DNA of 60,062 nt from Patescibacteria group bacterium (GCA_040900165.1 JBBDZM010000015.1:5383-65444); one strand, 5' to 3'. Numbered from the stretch's first letter, positions 1-9,655 are shown. Translations and numbers: made by a program. Notes: generated by a model from the letters alone, not told the origin.

Positions 1-2
1 TA

Positions 3-287
3 CTGCTTTACGCCAATGATCGCGGCAAAGTCAGGGAGCTGAGAATTGAGCTGGATATGCACACTCGCTCCGTCACGGTAGCCAACGTGCGCTGTAGCGG
101 CTGGTATCTCCGACACTTCCCCAACCGAGTCATTGACGGCCTGCTACCATTGGTCAAATTGGCTCTTGGTCAGTACTCGCTGGAAAGGCCTTGGGAAGAT
201 GGAAACTGGGTAATTGAGATGGACTTTACCAACCCACTCAGCCAGCCCCGGGCGATCTTTCGTCTCGCCCCAGACCTGGCCGCTTAG
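3..287 (+). CDS. C-terminal fragment of an unidentified protein (gene continues upstream of window)
   Basis: Frame +3 is open from base 3 to TAG 285-287. The 57..287 track ORF is only its Met-limited part. A hairpin plus T-run follows. No family recognised. Confidence 0.4.
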   Translation: MLYANDRGKVRELRIELDMHTRSVTVANVRCSGWYLRHFPNRVIDGLLPLVKLALGQYSLERPWEDGNWVIEMDFTNPLSQPRAIFRLAPDLAA

Positions 288-294
288 ATATTCG

Positions 295-323
295 GCGCCG
301 CGGCAACGCGGCGCTATTTCTTT
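295..323 (+). terminator. intrinsic terminator-like hairpin
   Basis: GCGCCGCG-GCAA-CGCGGCGC (8-bp GC stem) followed by TATTTCTTT. Overlaps the recX stop on the other strand. Confidence 0.5.
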
Positions 324-799
324 AAGATCTCCCTTATTACCGCCCCGGGAAAACCCCGCCGTTGGAGCAAGTGAACCGATTTTTCGTAGCGTTTGCGCTC
401 GGTTAGATCCCGCCACTGACGCTCTTTACTCTCTAACAGGCTGCGGGCGGCCTCCAGCTCTTGATCCTGCTCAATACCGCCAATCGCTTCGTTAATTAGA
501 TCCTTGGGTACCCCTTTTTGGAGAAGCTCCAGAAAAATCCGATGCCTCCCCCGCCGATAGATTCGAATCTTATCGTGAGTATAATTTTGAGCGTATTTTT
601 GATCGTCGAGCAGGCCGATTTTTTCCAATTTCTCAACAGTAGCGACGACCTCATTGTCTTCGTAGCCCTTATCACGTAGTTTAACCAACATATCCCGCTT
701 GGTGCGGGCGCGGTTACGCAATAAATACAGTGCGTACTGCAAAGGTGGCAATTTCCGGCCTCCGCCTCCGCCAGCCGGCGGATTTAGCGGATAGGCCAT
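314..799 (-). CDS. recX: recombination regulator RecX
   Basis: 161 aa with a three-repeat helical RecX-like sequence (ALYLLRNRARTKRDMLVKLRDKGY..., IFLELLQKGVP). ATG overlaps the recA stop (TAATG), the classic recA-recX arrangement. Confidence 0.85.
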   Translation of the reverse strand: MAYPLNPPAGGGGGRKLPPLQYALYLLRNRARTKRDMLVKLRDKGYEDNEVVATVEKLEKIGLLDDQKYAQNYTHDKIRIYRRGRHRIFLELLQKGVPKDLINEAIGGIEQDQELEAARSLLESKERQWRDLTERKRYEKSVHLLQRRGFPGAVIREILKK

Positions 800-1842
800 T
801 ATTCTTCGGCCAGAGGAATACCGAGCGGTCCTTTAGCGGCTAACTCCCGGATTTTTTTGTCCATTTCGGCGGCTAGCTTGGTATCGCCTTTAAGGAAAGC
901 TTTGGCAGCCTCCCGTCCCTGCCCAAGCTTCTGTTCCCCATATTGGAACCACGATCCACTCCTATCAATCAGGCCGGCTTTAACGCCGAGGTCGAGTAGA
1001 TCGCCCTCTTTAGATATACCGGAATCAAACATTAAATCAAACTCGGCCACCCGAAACGGCGGGGCGATTTTATTCTTGACAATTTTTACCCTGACCCTGT
1101 TGCCAATCGGCGTTTCGCCGTCTTTAATCTGCTCACTGCGACGGATATCCAGCCGAACTGACGCGTAAAATTTAAGGGCGTTACCGCCGGAAGTAGTTTC
1201 GGGGTTACCGAACATTACGCCAATTTTCATCCGGATTTGGTTAATAAAAATCAACGTCGCTTTCGATTTGGAGACGGCGCCGGTCAGCTTGCGCAGAGCC
1301 TGGCTCATCAAGCGGGCCTGGACGCCAACCATCGCATCGCCCATCTCACCCTCAATCTCCGCCCTTGGCACCAAGGCGGCTACCGAGTCAACTACGACCA
1401 CATCGACAGCATTGGAACGAATTAGTGTTTCAACAATCTCCAAGGCCTGCTCGCCGGTATCGGGCTGGGAAATGAGCAGGTTCTCCAAATCCACCCCCAG
1501 TTTGGCGGCGTAACTTGGTTCGAAAGCGTGCTCGGCGTCAACTAAAGCGCCCAAGCCACCGCGCTGTTGGGCGGAAGCAATCGCCGAAAGGGCCAAGGAA
1601 GTTTTGCCGGAAGACTCTGGACCGTAGATTTCAACAATCCGGCCCCGGGGAAAGCCACCGGCACCGAGGGCAACGTCTAGCGACAAAGAGCCGGTCGGGA
1701 TCGTTTCAATATTCAGATGAGTCTGCTCCCCAAGTTTCATAATCGAGCCAGCACCGAACTGTTTTTCGATTTGCGCCAGAGCCGATTGGAGGGCCTCTTC
1801 GCGGCCGGGATTAGCGGGAAAATTTTTTGGTTGCTTTGCCAT
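799..1842 (-). CDS. recA: recombinase RecA
   Basis: Walker [10 protein letters not shown] plus the IFINQIR and [17 protein letters not shown] motifs. The track ORF begins at TTG 1881. ATG at 1842 (MAKQPKN) is the likelier start. Confidence 0.97.
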   Translation of the reverse strand: MAKQPKNFPANPGREEALQSALAQIEKQFGAGSIMKLGEQTHLNIETIPTGSLSLDVALGAGGFPRGRIVEIYGPESSGKTSLALSAIASAQQRGGLGALVDAEHAFEPSYAAKLGVDLENLLISQPDTGEQALEIVETLIRSNAVDVVVVDSVAALVPRAEIEGEMGDAMVGVQARLMSQALRKLTGAVSKSKATLIFINQIRMKIGVMFGNPETTSGGNALKFYASVRLDIRRSEQIKDGETPIGNRVRVKIVKNKIAPPFRVAEFDLMFDSGISKEGDLLDLGVKAGLIDRSGSWFQYGEQKLGQGREAAKAFLKGDTKLAAEMDKKIRELAAKGPLGIPLAEE

Positions 1843-1889
1843 GTCTTTTACCTTTCTAATGGCCAAAGACTGTTTTGGCAAGGGCTTAT

Positions 1890-2612
1890 TTAATTAACTG
1901 GTTTAGTAGAGTTGGCCTTGGCGAGATCTTGTTTGTAGAGCACCTTAACTGTTAGACGAGATTCCTTATCGGCCCGATTCGTTGACTGGACAACTATCTG
2001 ATTAATCCCGGGGGAGAGCTGGACGTCTTGAGAAAAATCGCCAGCGGCCGAGACAAAAATCGACTCCGAATTCATCGAGACAACTGCCCCCTCGGAGGTC
2101 CTGCCGGCTAAAACAACGGTGTCTTTATTGCTGGTAAACTCGGTCGGAACATTGGTGATCTCAAGCATCGGCGGCTCGGCAAATTTTCTGACCTGAAAGA
2201 TTATATAACCGGATATTCCACCAAAGATTGCCAGCATCCCCACGATACTCAGTAACTTGGGGGTAACGAGAAAATTCCAATCGCCGACCCGGCGGGGCCG
2301 CAGTTGGGTAGTATTACTGCCCACTAGCGACATACTCCGTTCGGAGCGCTCTAGGCGATAAAGTTGGACAACTCTCTCTGGATTTAATTTTAGAAACTCG
2401 GCGTAACAGCGCACGTAGCCGATATTATAGGCCTCGGCCGGCATTTGGTCGTAACGACCACCTTCCAGGGCTAATAGATACTTGGCAGACACTTTGGTCT
2501 GTTCCTCGGCTTGTTCAATTGTAAAGTTGGCTTTGGTCCGAGCGGTCTTAAGAATCGCTCCTAACGAACGCTTTTTGCCACCGATTTTTTTGGTCACAAA
2601 ACCAGCCGTCAT
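1890..2612 (-). CDS. RodZ-like HTH membrane protein
   Basis: N-terminal XRE-type HTH ([23 protein letters not shown]), one TM helix and a beta-rich C-terminal domain, which is the RodZ architecture. Confidence 0.6.
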   Translation of the reverse strand: MTAGFVTKKIGGKKRSLGAILKTARTKANFTIEQAEEQTKVSAKYLLALEGGRYDQMPAEAYNIGYVRCYAEFLKLNPERVVQLYRLERSERSMSLVGSNTTQLRPRRVGDWNFLVTPKLLSIVGMLAIFGGISGYIIFQVRKFAEPPMLEITNVPTEFTSNKDTVVLAGRTSEGAVVSMNSESIFVSAAGDFSQDVQLSPGINQIVVQSTNRADKESRLTVKVLYKQDLAKANSTKPVN

Positions 2613-2766
2613 CGGTTGGACAGGTGGGACACACAGTAAAGGGAAGCGAGCACTCTCATCCTGTACTATTTACGCTACGCCAAAAAAAATAGAGCGTCAA
2701 ACCCTAATACTTACGAACGCTTTGCGACACCATATTTATTATCTTTTAGTTATTATCTGGAGTTAC

Positions 2767-4809
2767 TTACGGCCCCATATAGTCGTCCGGCTGGACCAAC
2801 ACATCGCGCGGTTTAGCGCCGTCGGCCGGACCAATTACTCCCTCTGCCTCCAACAAATCAAGCAAACGAGCCGCCCGGGCGTAGCCGACTTTCAGACGAC
2901 GCTGTAAGAGCGAAGCCGAGGCCTTGCCGGCCTGAATAACTAGCTCTTGGGCTTCGTTAAATAGCTCGTCGTCTTCACCGGTTGCAACGGTATGATCGCC
3001 ACTGGCCTTAACGCCGCCCCGGTAGCTGGTAATTGTTTCGTCGTAGACAGCTGGCGCCTGGTTCTTAACGAACTCGGTAACAGTGCGGATCTCTTTATCC
3101 TGCAAAAACACACCCTGAACCCGCCGTGGTTGGGGTTGGTCGGAGTTGATATAAAGCATGTCGCCCTTACCCAGCAGTTTCTCCGCCCCGCCTTGGTCGA
3201 GAATTGTTCGGGAATCGGCCATGCTTGGAACAGCAAAGGCAATCCGAGCCGGGATATTAGCTTTAATCAGACCAGTAATCACGTCAACCGACGGCCGCTG
3301 GGTGGCAACAATTAAATGCATACCAACCGCTCGGGCCATCTGGGCGATTCGGACAATCGAGGCCTCAACTTCGTTAGCGGCCTGGGTCATTAAGTCCGCT
3401 AACTCATCGATAATTACCACAATGTAGGGCATCTTGGTTTGTTCGGCCGGCAAATCGCTATTAAAGGCCTCAATATTCCGGCGATTATGGGTCGAAAGCA
3501 AGTGATAGCGCCGTTCCATTTCGGCGACTGCCCAGCGCAGGGCGGAGATAGTTTTGTCGGTATCAATAACTACGTTGGTTAGCAAGTGAGCCATATTATT
3601 GTATTCGGTAAACTCTACTCTCTTAGGATCGATCAGTAGTAGTCGAAGATCTTCCGGCGAGTTTTTATAGAGTAAGTTAACCAAGATCGAGTTCATTGAG
3701 ACCGACTTGCCGCTACCGGTTGCCCCAGCAATTAGTAAGTGCGGCATTTTTTTGAGGTCGGCAACCATTACTTTTCCGGCCACATCCCGCCCCAAACCAA
3801 GAGCAAGATTGGAGTCGGTCTCTTTGTAATCCGCTGATTCCAACACTTCCCGCAAACTAACCGTTGCCGCCACTTTATTCGGTACTTCGATACCAACCAA
3901 CGATTTACCAGGAATTGGCGCCTCGATTCTAATTGGGTGAGCGGCCAGAGCTAGGGCAATATCGTTAGAACGAGCGGTAATGGCGCTTAATTTCATCCCT
4001 TCGGCCGGTTTAAGGGTGTATTGGGTGAGGGTTGGGCCAACGTTAACCTCGCGCATCGCTACCTCAACCCCAAAATCTTTGAGGGTTTTCTTAATCGTTT
4101 CAACGTTCTTACCGATATCGCCAGACTCGGCTTTGGTTGAGTTGGAGTATTCCAAAAGCCCCAATTCCGGGAACTGCCACTGACCGTTGCCGGCCACTAG
4201 GGCTACCGGCGAACCGCCGGGCTGTTGTTTCATATTGCGCACCGGTATTCGTGAGTTCTCATTGATTCTCACTCCTCCGGATTTTCGCTCGGCAAAGTTT
4301 AAGTTAAAGCGCTCCATCAGGACTTTAATGGAAGTATCGGTTGCTAAAAGTGTGGCAACGGCGCTGGCCACTAGCACAGTAATGTAGCTGCCGGCTGTAC
4401 CAAGCGCCGAGTGAAAAATATTGAATACTCCTTGGCCGATCGAACCGCCGGCAGTATTGAACAGTGCTGGTACGAGGATAAACAGTAAAATTGTGCCGAT
4501 AACGCTCGTGGCCCGAATGTAGTCGGTTTTCAAAAACAGTAGCCGGTAGCCAATGTAAAATAGGGCAAACGGCGCAACATAGGCCAGCAGGCCAAAGAGG
4601 GCAGTTGAAAGATGTAAAAAGGCCTCGCCGAACGATCCGGCTAAGCGAAAAAGACCAAGCCCAAAAAGCAGAGCTAATAGCAGTAAAATAACGGCGACAA
4701 TCTCCCTGGCCGTATCGGGGTCTACTGCCCAAACCAGATTGTCCCAGATTGTTGGCAGACGCTTGCGCCGGCGCGATCCATAGCTCCTTCTTCGTCGAAA
4801 CAATCCCAT
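2767..4809 (-). CDS. ftsK: DNA translocase FtsK/SpoIIIE
   Basis: N-terminal TM helices, Walker A GATGSGKS, IVVIIDELADL, and a C-terminal gamma winged-helix (LLQRRLKVGYARAARLLDLLEAEGV). Confidence 0.95.
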   Translation of the reverse strand: MGLFRRRRSYGSRRRKRLPTIWDNLVWAVDPDTAREIVAVILLLLALLFGLGLFRLAGSFGEAFLHLSTALFGLLAYVAPFALFYIGYRLLFLKTDYIRATSVIGTILLFILVPALFNTAGGSIGQGVFNIFHSALGTAGSYITVLVASAVATLLATDTSIKVLMERFNLNFAERKSGGVRINENSRIPVRNMKQQPGGSPVALVAGNGQWQFPELGLLEYSNSTKAESGDIGKNVETIKKTLKDFGVEVAMREVNVGPTLTQYTLKPAEGMKLSAITARSNDIALALAAHPIRIEAPIPGKSLVGIEVPNKVAATVSLREVLESADYKETDSNLALGLGRDVAGKVMVADLKKMPHLLIAGATGSGKSVSMNSILVNLLYKNSPEDLRLLLIDPKRVEFTEYNNMAHLLTNVVIDTDKTISALRWAVAEMERRYHLLSTHNRRNIEAFNSDLPAEQTKMPYIVVIIDELADLMTQAANEVEASIVRIAQMARAVGMHLIVATQRPSVDVITGLIKANIPARIAFAVPSMADSRTILDQGGAEKLLGKGDMLYINSDQPQPRRVQGVFLQDKEIRTVTEFVKNQAPAVYDETITSYRGGVKASGDHTVATGEDDELFNEAQELVIQAGKASASLLQRRLKVGYARAARLLDLLEAEGVIGPADGAKPRDVLVQPDDYMGP

Positions 4810-5012
4810 GATTGTATCCTAGCAACTGGTGGGATGTTATGGAAGAAACCTCCCGCCAGATATTTCCTTAAAAGACGCCGTTGAAGTTTCCGGCGAACTT
4901 CACTGCTTAGGTCTCGGTGTTTTCACCGCTTTGCGGTACCAAGCGAAAACACCTGCGACATACTTTTCAGTAAACATCTGACGTATATAATCCCCTGTCC
5001 TCTGCAAAATAC

Positions 5013-6989
5013 TTAAACGTTTATTACAACCGAGATAACCATCGGACTGCGCTGGGTTTTGTTGAATAGGTAGTCAGTCATATCTTCGCGTAGCTGCCGT
5101 TTGAAACTGTCCCAATTCTTGGTTTTGCGCGACAGCGCTTGGGCATGGAGCTTGCGCACCAAGGCGCGGGCGCCGCCGATTAGTTCCTCGGATTCTTTCA
5201 TATAGACAAAGCCGCGGGAAATTATATCCGGCGAGGACATTAACCGGCCCGACTTACCATCGACAGTCATAACCACCATAAACAGGCCGTCTTTGGCCAT
5301 GGTTTGGCGGTCGCGTAGAACAATTTCGCCGACGTCTCCTACCCCAGAGCCGTCAATCAGCACTTGGCCAACTGGCACTCGTTCCGAGGTAATCTGGCCC
5401 TTGGCATCAGCGGTAAACTCGGCCACTCGGCCGTTCTCTAGAATTAACCCGTGATCCTCCGGCATACCGGTTTGGACGGCAATCTTGATGTGTTCGACAA
5501 AACGGCGGTAGTCGCCGTGAATCGGGATTAGATACTTTGGCTTGAGAAGATTAAGCATAATCTTAATTTCTTCAATGTTGGCGTGGCCGGACGAGTGAAT
5601 ATCGAGTTTTTTATTGGTAATAACTTCCGCTCCCTCGCGGTAGAGGTTGTTAATAGTTGCTTCGATACCCTTCTCGTTACCAGGAACTTGCGAAGCCGAT
5701 AAGACAACCGTGTCGCCCTTTTTAATTTTGATGTGGCGGTGCTCGCCTAACGCCATTCGGACTAACGCCGAGAATTCCTCGCCTTGGCTACCAGTACACA
5801 TGACGACAATTTTATCGTCGGGCAAGTTGTTAACCGTTCTAATATCGGTCATTACCCCCTTTGGAACTTTCAGGTAGCCCAGCTCCATGGCGATATTGGC
5901 GTTGCGCTCCATTGAGCGGCCAGATAGCGCCAAGTGGCGGCCAATCTTGGCACAAGCGGTCACGACGTGCTGAATTCGATCGATGCGACTCGAGAAGCTC
6001 GAAACAATGATTCGTCCTTTGGCTTCAACGAAAACGTCCTCGATGGCTTTGCCAACGACCTGCTCGCTCATTGTATGGCCTTCTTCCATAACATTAGTCG
6101 AGTCAGAGAGTAGGCAGAGAATCCCCCGCTCTGAGAGTTCGGTTAATTTGGCAAAGTCGGTTGGCTCGCCGAACGGCGGGTTCATATCGATTCGCCAGTC
6201 GGTAGCGTGGTAAATCAGACCAACTGGGGTGGTGATAGCGAAACCAAGGATATCGGGGATTGAGTGGGTCATTCTGACCGGCTCAACGGTAAAGGCACCG
6301 ATCTGAATCTTGTCGTTTGGCTGAACAATTCGAAACTCGGCATTAGTAATTCCGTGCTCCTCAAATTTGGCTTTAATAAAGCCAGCGGTTAGTGGAGCGG
6401 TGTAAATCGGCACTGGGTACTTCGGCCAGACGTAGGGGAAGGCCCCGATGTGGTCCTCATGACCATGAGTAACCAAGAAAGCCCGAATCCGGTCTTTGTT
6501 TTCGTCGAGATAGGTGGTGTCGGCAATAATATAGTCAATCCCTGGCATAGTGGCGTCGGGAAACTGGATACCGGCATCGATAATAATAATGTCGTTGTCG
6601 TACTCGAACACCAGCATATTTTTCTCGCCGACTTCTTTAGAGCCGCCGAGCGGAATGATCCTCAAGGTTTTAGTTGGGGCGCGGCGAATTAGCCGGGCGC
6701 CTTCTTCGCGCTTGTTCTCGCTTAAAGAAATCCGGCGGGGCGGTAGCGGCTTATTGCGGCGCATCCGGGAGCCGGGGCGGCTGTCCGAATGGCGCGGTGG
6801 CCGGTTCGGATTACTGTTACCGCTTGGCCGGTTTTGATTATTACGGTTGCGCGGAGGCCAGCTCTTCTTTTTGGCTGGCTGTGAGTTGGCAGTTGGCTGT
6901 AAAACCGAGCCTGCGTCTGATATGTCGACGGCCTTTTTTTGCTCTGGCGTCAGAGAGCTGTCCGTATTGGACGGTAATTGCGTATTCAA
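5013..6989 (-). CDS. rnj: ribonuclease J with a basic N-terminal extension
   Basis: Metallo-beta-lactamase motif HGHEDHIG, beta-CASP and a C-terminal domain. TTG start at 6989 is preceded by AAGGAAG about 5 nt upstream. Confidence 0.9.
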   Translation of the reverse strand: MNTQLPSNTDSSLTPEQKKAVDISDAGSVLQPTANSQPAKKKSWPPRNRNNQNRPSGNSNPNRPPRHSDSRPGSRMRRNKPLPPRRISLSENKREEGARLIRRAPTKTLRIIPLGGSKEVGEKNMLVFEYDNDIIIIDAGIQFPDATMPGIDYIIADTTYLDENKDRIRAFLVTHGHEDHIGAFPYVWPKYPVPIYTAPLTAGFIKAKFEEHGITNAEFRIVQPNDKIQIGAFTVEPVRMTHSIPDILGFAITTPVGLIYHATDWRIDMNPPFGEPTDFAKLTELSERGILCLLSDSTNVMEEGHTMSEQVVGKAIEDVFVEAKGRIIVSSFSSRIDRIQHVVTACAKIGRHLALSGRSMERNANIAMELGYLKVPKGVMTDIRTVNNLPDDKIVVMCTGSQGEEFSALVRMALGEHRHIKIKKGDTVVLSASQVPGNEKGIEATINNLYREGAEVITNKKLDIHSSGHANIEEIKIMLNLLKPKYLIPIHGDYRRFVEHIKIAVQTGMPEDHGLILENGRVAEFTADAKGQITSERVPVGQVLIDGSGVGDVGEIVLRDRQTMAKDGLFMVVMTVDGKSGRLMSSPDIISRGFVYMKESEELIGGARALVRKLHAQALSRKTKNWDSFKRQLREDMTDYLFNKTQRSPMVISVVINV

Positions 6990-7069
6990 AGTTACTTCCT
7001 TTCTAAATGAGTAATAATTTCTCTCAATTTCCGTTGTGGGAGCTCAGGAATATTGAGTTGAACATCTAA

Positions 7070-7098
7070 ACACTACAGTAATAATCGATAATAGTCAA
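7070..7098 (-). promoter_or_regulatory. candidate sigma70-type promoter for rnj
   Basis: On the minus strand, TTGACT, a 17-nt spacer, then TAGTGT, about 75 nt upstream of the rnj start. Confidence 0.3.
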
Positions 7099-7203
7099 TC
7101 AACCGATTAGTTGCCGGCTGATATTTTGTCCATAGCATCGCGGGAACTCGCGATGATAAGTCGCACGAATGTGCGGCTATATATGCGGGGATTTTGGCTT
7201 CAT

Positions 7204-7857
7204 TCAATTCTCGAAATTTTTCTCACTAATCCTATCCATTAACTCCGGTATGCGTTTAAAGTCGTCTAGCAGGGTTTGGCGCATGCCGCCGTTGTAGAGT
7301 GCCGCGGCAGGATGGTAGAGCGGCAGGTAGGCAATTGGGTACTGGAAACTGGATGCTGGAGACTGGGCTTCGGATTTTAATTTCTCCAGTTTCTCGTCTC
7401 TAGTCTCTAGTTTCGCGCTCCAAACCAGCTCGCCGTGGGCTTTGGAGATCGGGCCGATATCCGGCAAGAACGCCCCCATTGAATGCCGGCCCAAAAAACA
7501 GATTAATTTCGGCTGGATAATAGCGATTTGTTTCTTCAAAAACGGCAGTTGAAATTGAATTTCTTCCGGCAGTGGATCGCGGTTACCCGGCGGCTGGTAC
7601 TTAATAATATTGGCAATAAACACGTCGCCACGCTCCAAACCAATCGAGTTGAGCATCTCTTCTAAAAATTTCCCGGCGGCGCCAACAAATGGCCGGCCGG
7701 TCTCGTTTTCCTTGGCGCCCGGCGCCTCGCCGATAAACATAATCTGGGCATCCGGGTTACCTTCGCCCGGCACCGGGTTCTGGCCGGCAACATATTTACA
7801 CTTTTCGCATTTGGCGATGCGTTCGGCTACCAGCGCAAGCGCTTCTTGCTTGGTCAT
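7204..7857 (-). CDS. uracil-DNA glycosylase, family 4
   Basis: CEKCKY Fe-S cysteines, GEGNPDAQIMFIGEAPG and the PLYHPAAAL motif. Carries a 25-codon low-complexity insertion (see repeat 7342-7416). Confidence 0.85.
   Translation of the reverse strand: MTKQEALALVAERIAKCEKCKYVAGQNPVPGEGNPDAQIMFIGEAPGAKENETGRPFVGAAGKFLEEMLNSIGLERGDVFIANIIKYQPPGNRDPLPEEIQFQLPFLKKQIAIIQPKLICFLGRHSMGAFLPDIGPISKAHGELVWSAKLETRDEKLEKLKSEAQSPASSFQYPIAYLPLYHPAAALYNGGMRQTLLDDFKRIPELMDRISEKNFEN
7342..7416 (-). repeat. period-7 inverted heptad array, in frame inside udg
   Basis: Coding strand reads GAAACTA GAGACTA GAGACGA GAAACTG GAGAAAT ... CAGTCTC CAGCATC CAGTTTC. It is 75 nt and encodes AKLETRDEKLEKLKSEAQSPASSFQ. Confidence 0.8.
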
Positions 7858-7996
7858 AGTCGGCAGTATAGCCGACTAAATGGTTCATAAACCATTATTA
7901 GGAACGGTATAGTAGTTTTTTACCATAAAATCATTGATTGGCGCTTTTATTGGTGGTAAAATTACCACGTTTTCGATCCTGAAAATCTAGGTAGAC

Positions 7997-8629
7997 ATGA
8001 GAAGAAAAAATAAATCAACCGCCATCGTTGTCGCTGACCTGCGAGTCTCTGAACGCGCACTTGTCCGAGCCGGTCTGCTCAATGCCGAAGGCCAAAAGGA
8101 AGTACACGAACTCTCTCAAAAATTCGGCTATAGTGCCTCTGCGATCGTTAGGCACGTGGCCAACGGTCATTCACTCCACACCATCAACGAATGTTTGGAG
8201 ACGTGGGATGACATCAGGGGCATGTGCCCGAACGCTACACTTGGAGTAGTGGTTCGTTGCTACGATCGACTTGGGCTAACGCCCAATATCACCGCCGAAG
8301 GCAGCCACTTCCCCGCTTTCATGGCAGAAGTGGCCGAACTGGCGGTGGGTATTAGCGGCCGCCAAGCTCAATTCAACAATGCAATGCCGCTCCAAGCGTT
8401 CATTCGCAGAGTTGATGTGCATTTCAACGGCAATATGTTGAAGGCTCTTTACCAGGCCAACAACGACCCGGAGAAGTTCGTCGAAAAGATGCGCGACCGG
8501 AATACTGCCCTCACTGGTACTGATCCTCGGCACATTGTTTCTATCGGGAAACATGCAGCCGCCGCAATCCATGCGGCTAAAAATGATCCACGGATCAAGC
8601 TCGAGGCGAAGAAGACCTATATCGGATAA
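7997..8629 (+). CDS. hypothetical protein with a possible HTH
   Basis: 210-aa ORF with an ATG start and an HTH-like stretch (ELSQKFGYSASAIVRHV). No family recognised. Confidence 0.5.
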   Translation: MRRKNKSTAIVVADLRVSERALVRAGLLNAEGQKEVHELSQKFGYSASAIVRHVANGHSLHTINECLETWDDIRGMCPNATLGVVVRCYDRLGLTPNITAEGSHFPAFMAEVAELAVGISGRQAQFNNAMPLQAFIRRVDVHFNGNMLKALYQANNDPEKFVEKMRDRNTALTGTDPRHIVSIGKHAAAAIHAAKNDPRIKLEAKKTYIG

Positions 8630-8634
8630 TCGCT

Positions 8635-9618
8635 ATGTCAGACACCCCATTCTTTCGTACTGGGCTCGATGTTAAAATCATCGGGCCACTCGCCCGTGAT
8701 CCGGCTCGGTTGCGAACTGCCCTGGAGCGGTTTCGTAAACTGGTGGTCGGCCCAACTCTTCATCCGGACATAAACCCGGACGACGACAAAACCTTTGCCG
8801 ACATTAGCGGCGCTGTTGACGAGCTAACTAACCTTTCCGATAAAGAACTTTCCCAGCAGGCTATGGCCTATGTGGAGTTCGTCAAGGAGAAGGGTAACGA
8901 CCCAATGCTGCGGAAAGTTATCCGCGACGAGTTCGAAGCGGAGATTACTAACTTGCAGCGTGACATTGAGATTGGGCAAAAAGCCCATCAATCAACAATG
9001 ACAGCGTTGAGCGCTGAGAAAAGGCGTTCGGATAACTTCCGAACCGTCTTCTCGGATGCCCTCCAACAAGTCATTGTCCGCATCAAGTCCAGCCGGGCAG
9101 ACAGCCTCTTTTCACTCTATAATTTCCGCAACCGCCATTTTTGCGCTGTTGAGGAGAAAAAAGGGAAGGAAGATAAGGTTTGGAAGCTCATCTTAAAGCT
9201 CTACCTTGTCGGTAACGACGGTTGGGTCTACGAGAACAGGCTGACCGTCCTGGATCGGCAAGGAGCATCTTGGACCAGCGTCGAAAGCGACGAAGCAATC
9301 AAAATGGCCAAACGCCAAGCACTGGCCGCGATCGTTAAGCTACAAAGCGGTACGACCGAGGGCTGGAGCTGCATCGGCTTGCTGATTGGCTTCTTAGAAA
9401 AACACCCACCGGCTCCAAGGCGATCTTCTGACTTCGGCTCCCTCATCCAACGGGAGCAGCTGACAGCGGAATTCACTCCGAAGACCGAGTCGTTGGCCGT
9501 AATAGCCCTGGACCGACAATCGTTGATGATGACCAGGGGTGAGGTTCTCACCGTCATTTACGTAAAGTTCGAGCCAGCTGACCCAGCGCTGACCAACTTT
9601 ACACTCAAAAAACCCTAG
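8635..9618 (+). CDS. hypothetical protein with a J-domain-like N-terminus
   Basis: 327 aa, starting 5 nt after the upstream stop. Residues around LERFRKLVVGPTLHPDINPDDDKTFADISGAVDELTN resemble J-domain helix II, the HPD loop and helix III. A coiled coil and a beta-rich C-terminal part follow. Confidence 0.5.
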   Translation: MSDTPFFRTGLDVKIIGPLARDPARLRTALERFRKLVVGPTLHPDINPDDDKTFADISGAVDELTNLSDKELSQQAMAYVEFVKEKGNDPMLRKVIRDEFEAEITNLQRDIEIGQKAHQSTMTALSAEKRRSDNFRTVFSDALQQVIVRIKSSRADSLFSLYNFRNRHFCAVEEKKGKEDKVWKLILKLYLVGNDGWVYENRLTVLDRQGASWTSVESDEAIKMAKRQALAAIVKLQSGTTEGWSCIGLLIGFLEKHPPAPRRSSDFGSLIQREQLTAEFTPKTESLAVIALDRQSLMMTRGEVLTVIYVKFEPADPALTNFTLKKP

Positions 9619-9648
9619 TCGTCCTTAGACGATTAGGGTTCTTTTTTT
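9607..9648. terminator. bidirectional intrinsic terminator
   Basis: 13-bp stem AACCCTAGTCGTC / GACGATTAGGGTT (one G-U pair), loop CTTA, with an A-run upstream and a T7 run downstream. Sits between convergent genes. Confidence 0.75.
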
Positions 9649-9655
9649 ATATATA

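Noticed and set aside
2767-4809. FtsK-family ATPase as the missing T4SS coupling protein
   Set aside because: It lies 24 kb away among housekeeping genes. It has the chromosomal FtsK layout of N-terminal TM helices plus a C-terminal gamma winged-helix domain.
4325-4825. 166-aa minus-strand ORF overlapping the ftsK 5' region in another frame
   Set aside because: It is fully nested in the ftsK TM-domain coding region and has no motif, so it is a frame artefact.
7342-7416. Heptad arrays in udg, tsaD and valS as phase-variation (contingency) tracts
   Set aside because: The units in these essential or housekeeping genes are imperfect, with few identical consecutive copies, so slippage is unlikely and would be deleterious. 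The phase-variation idea is kept only for the surface-protein 5' array.
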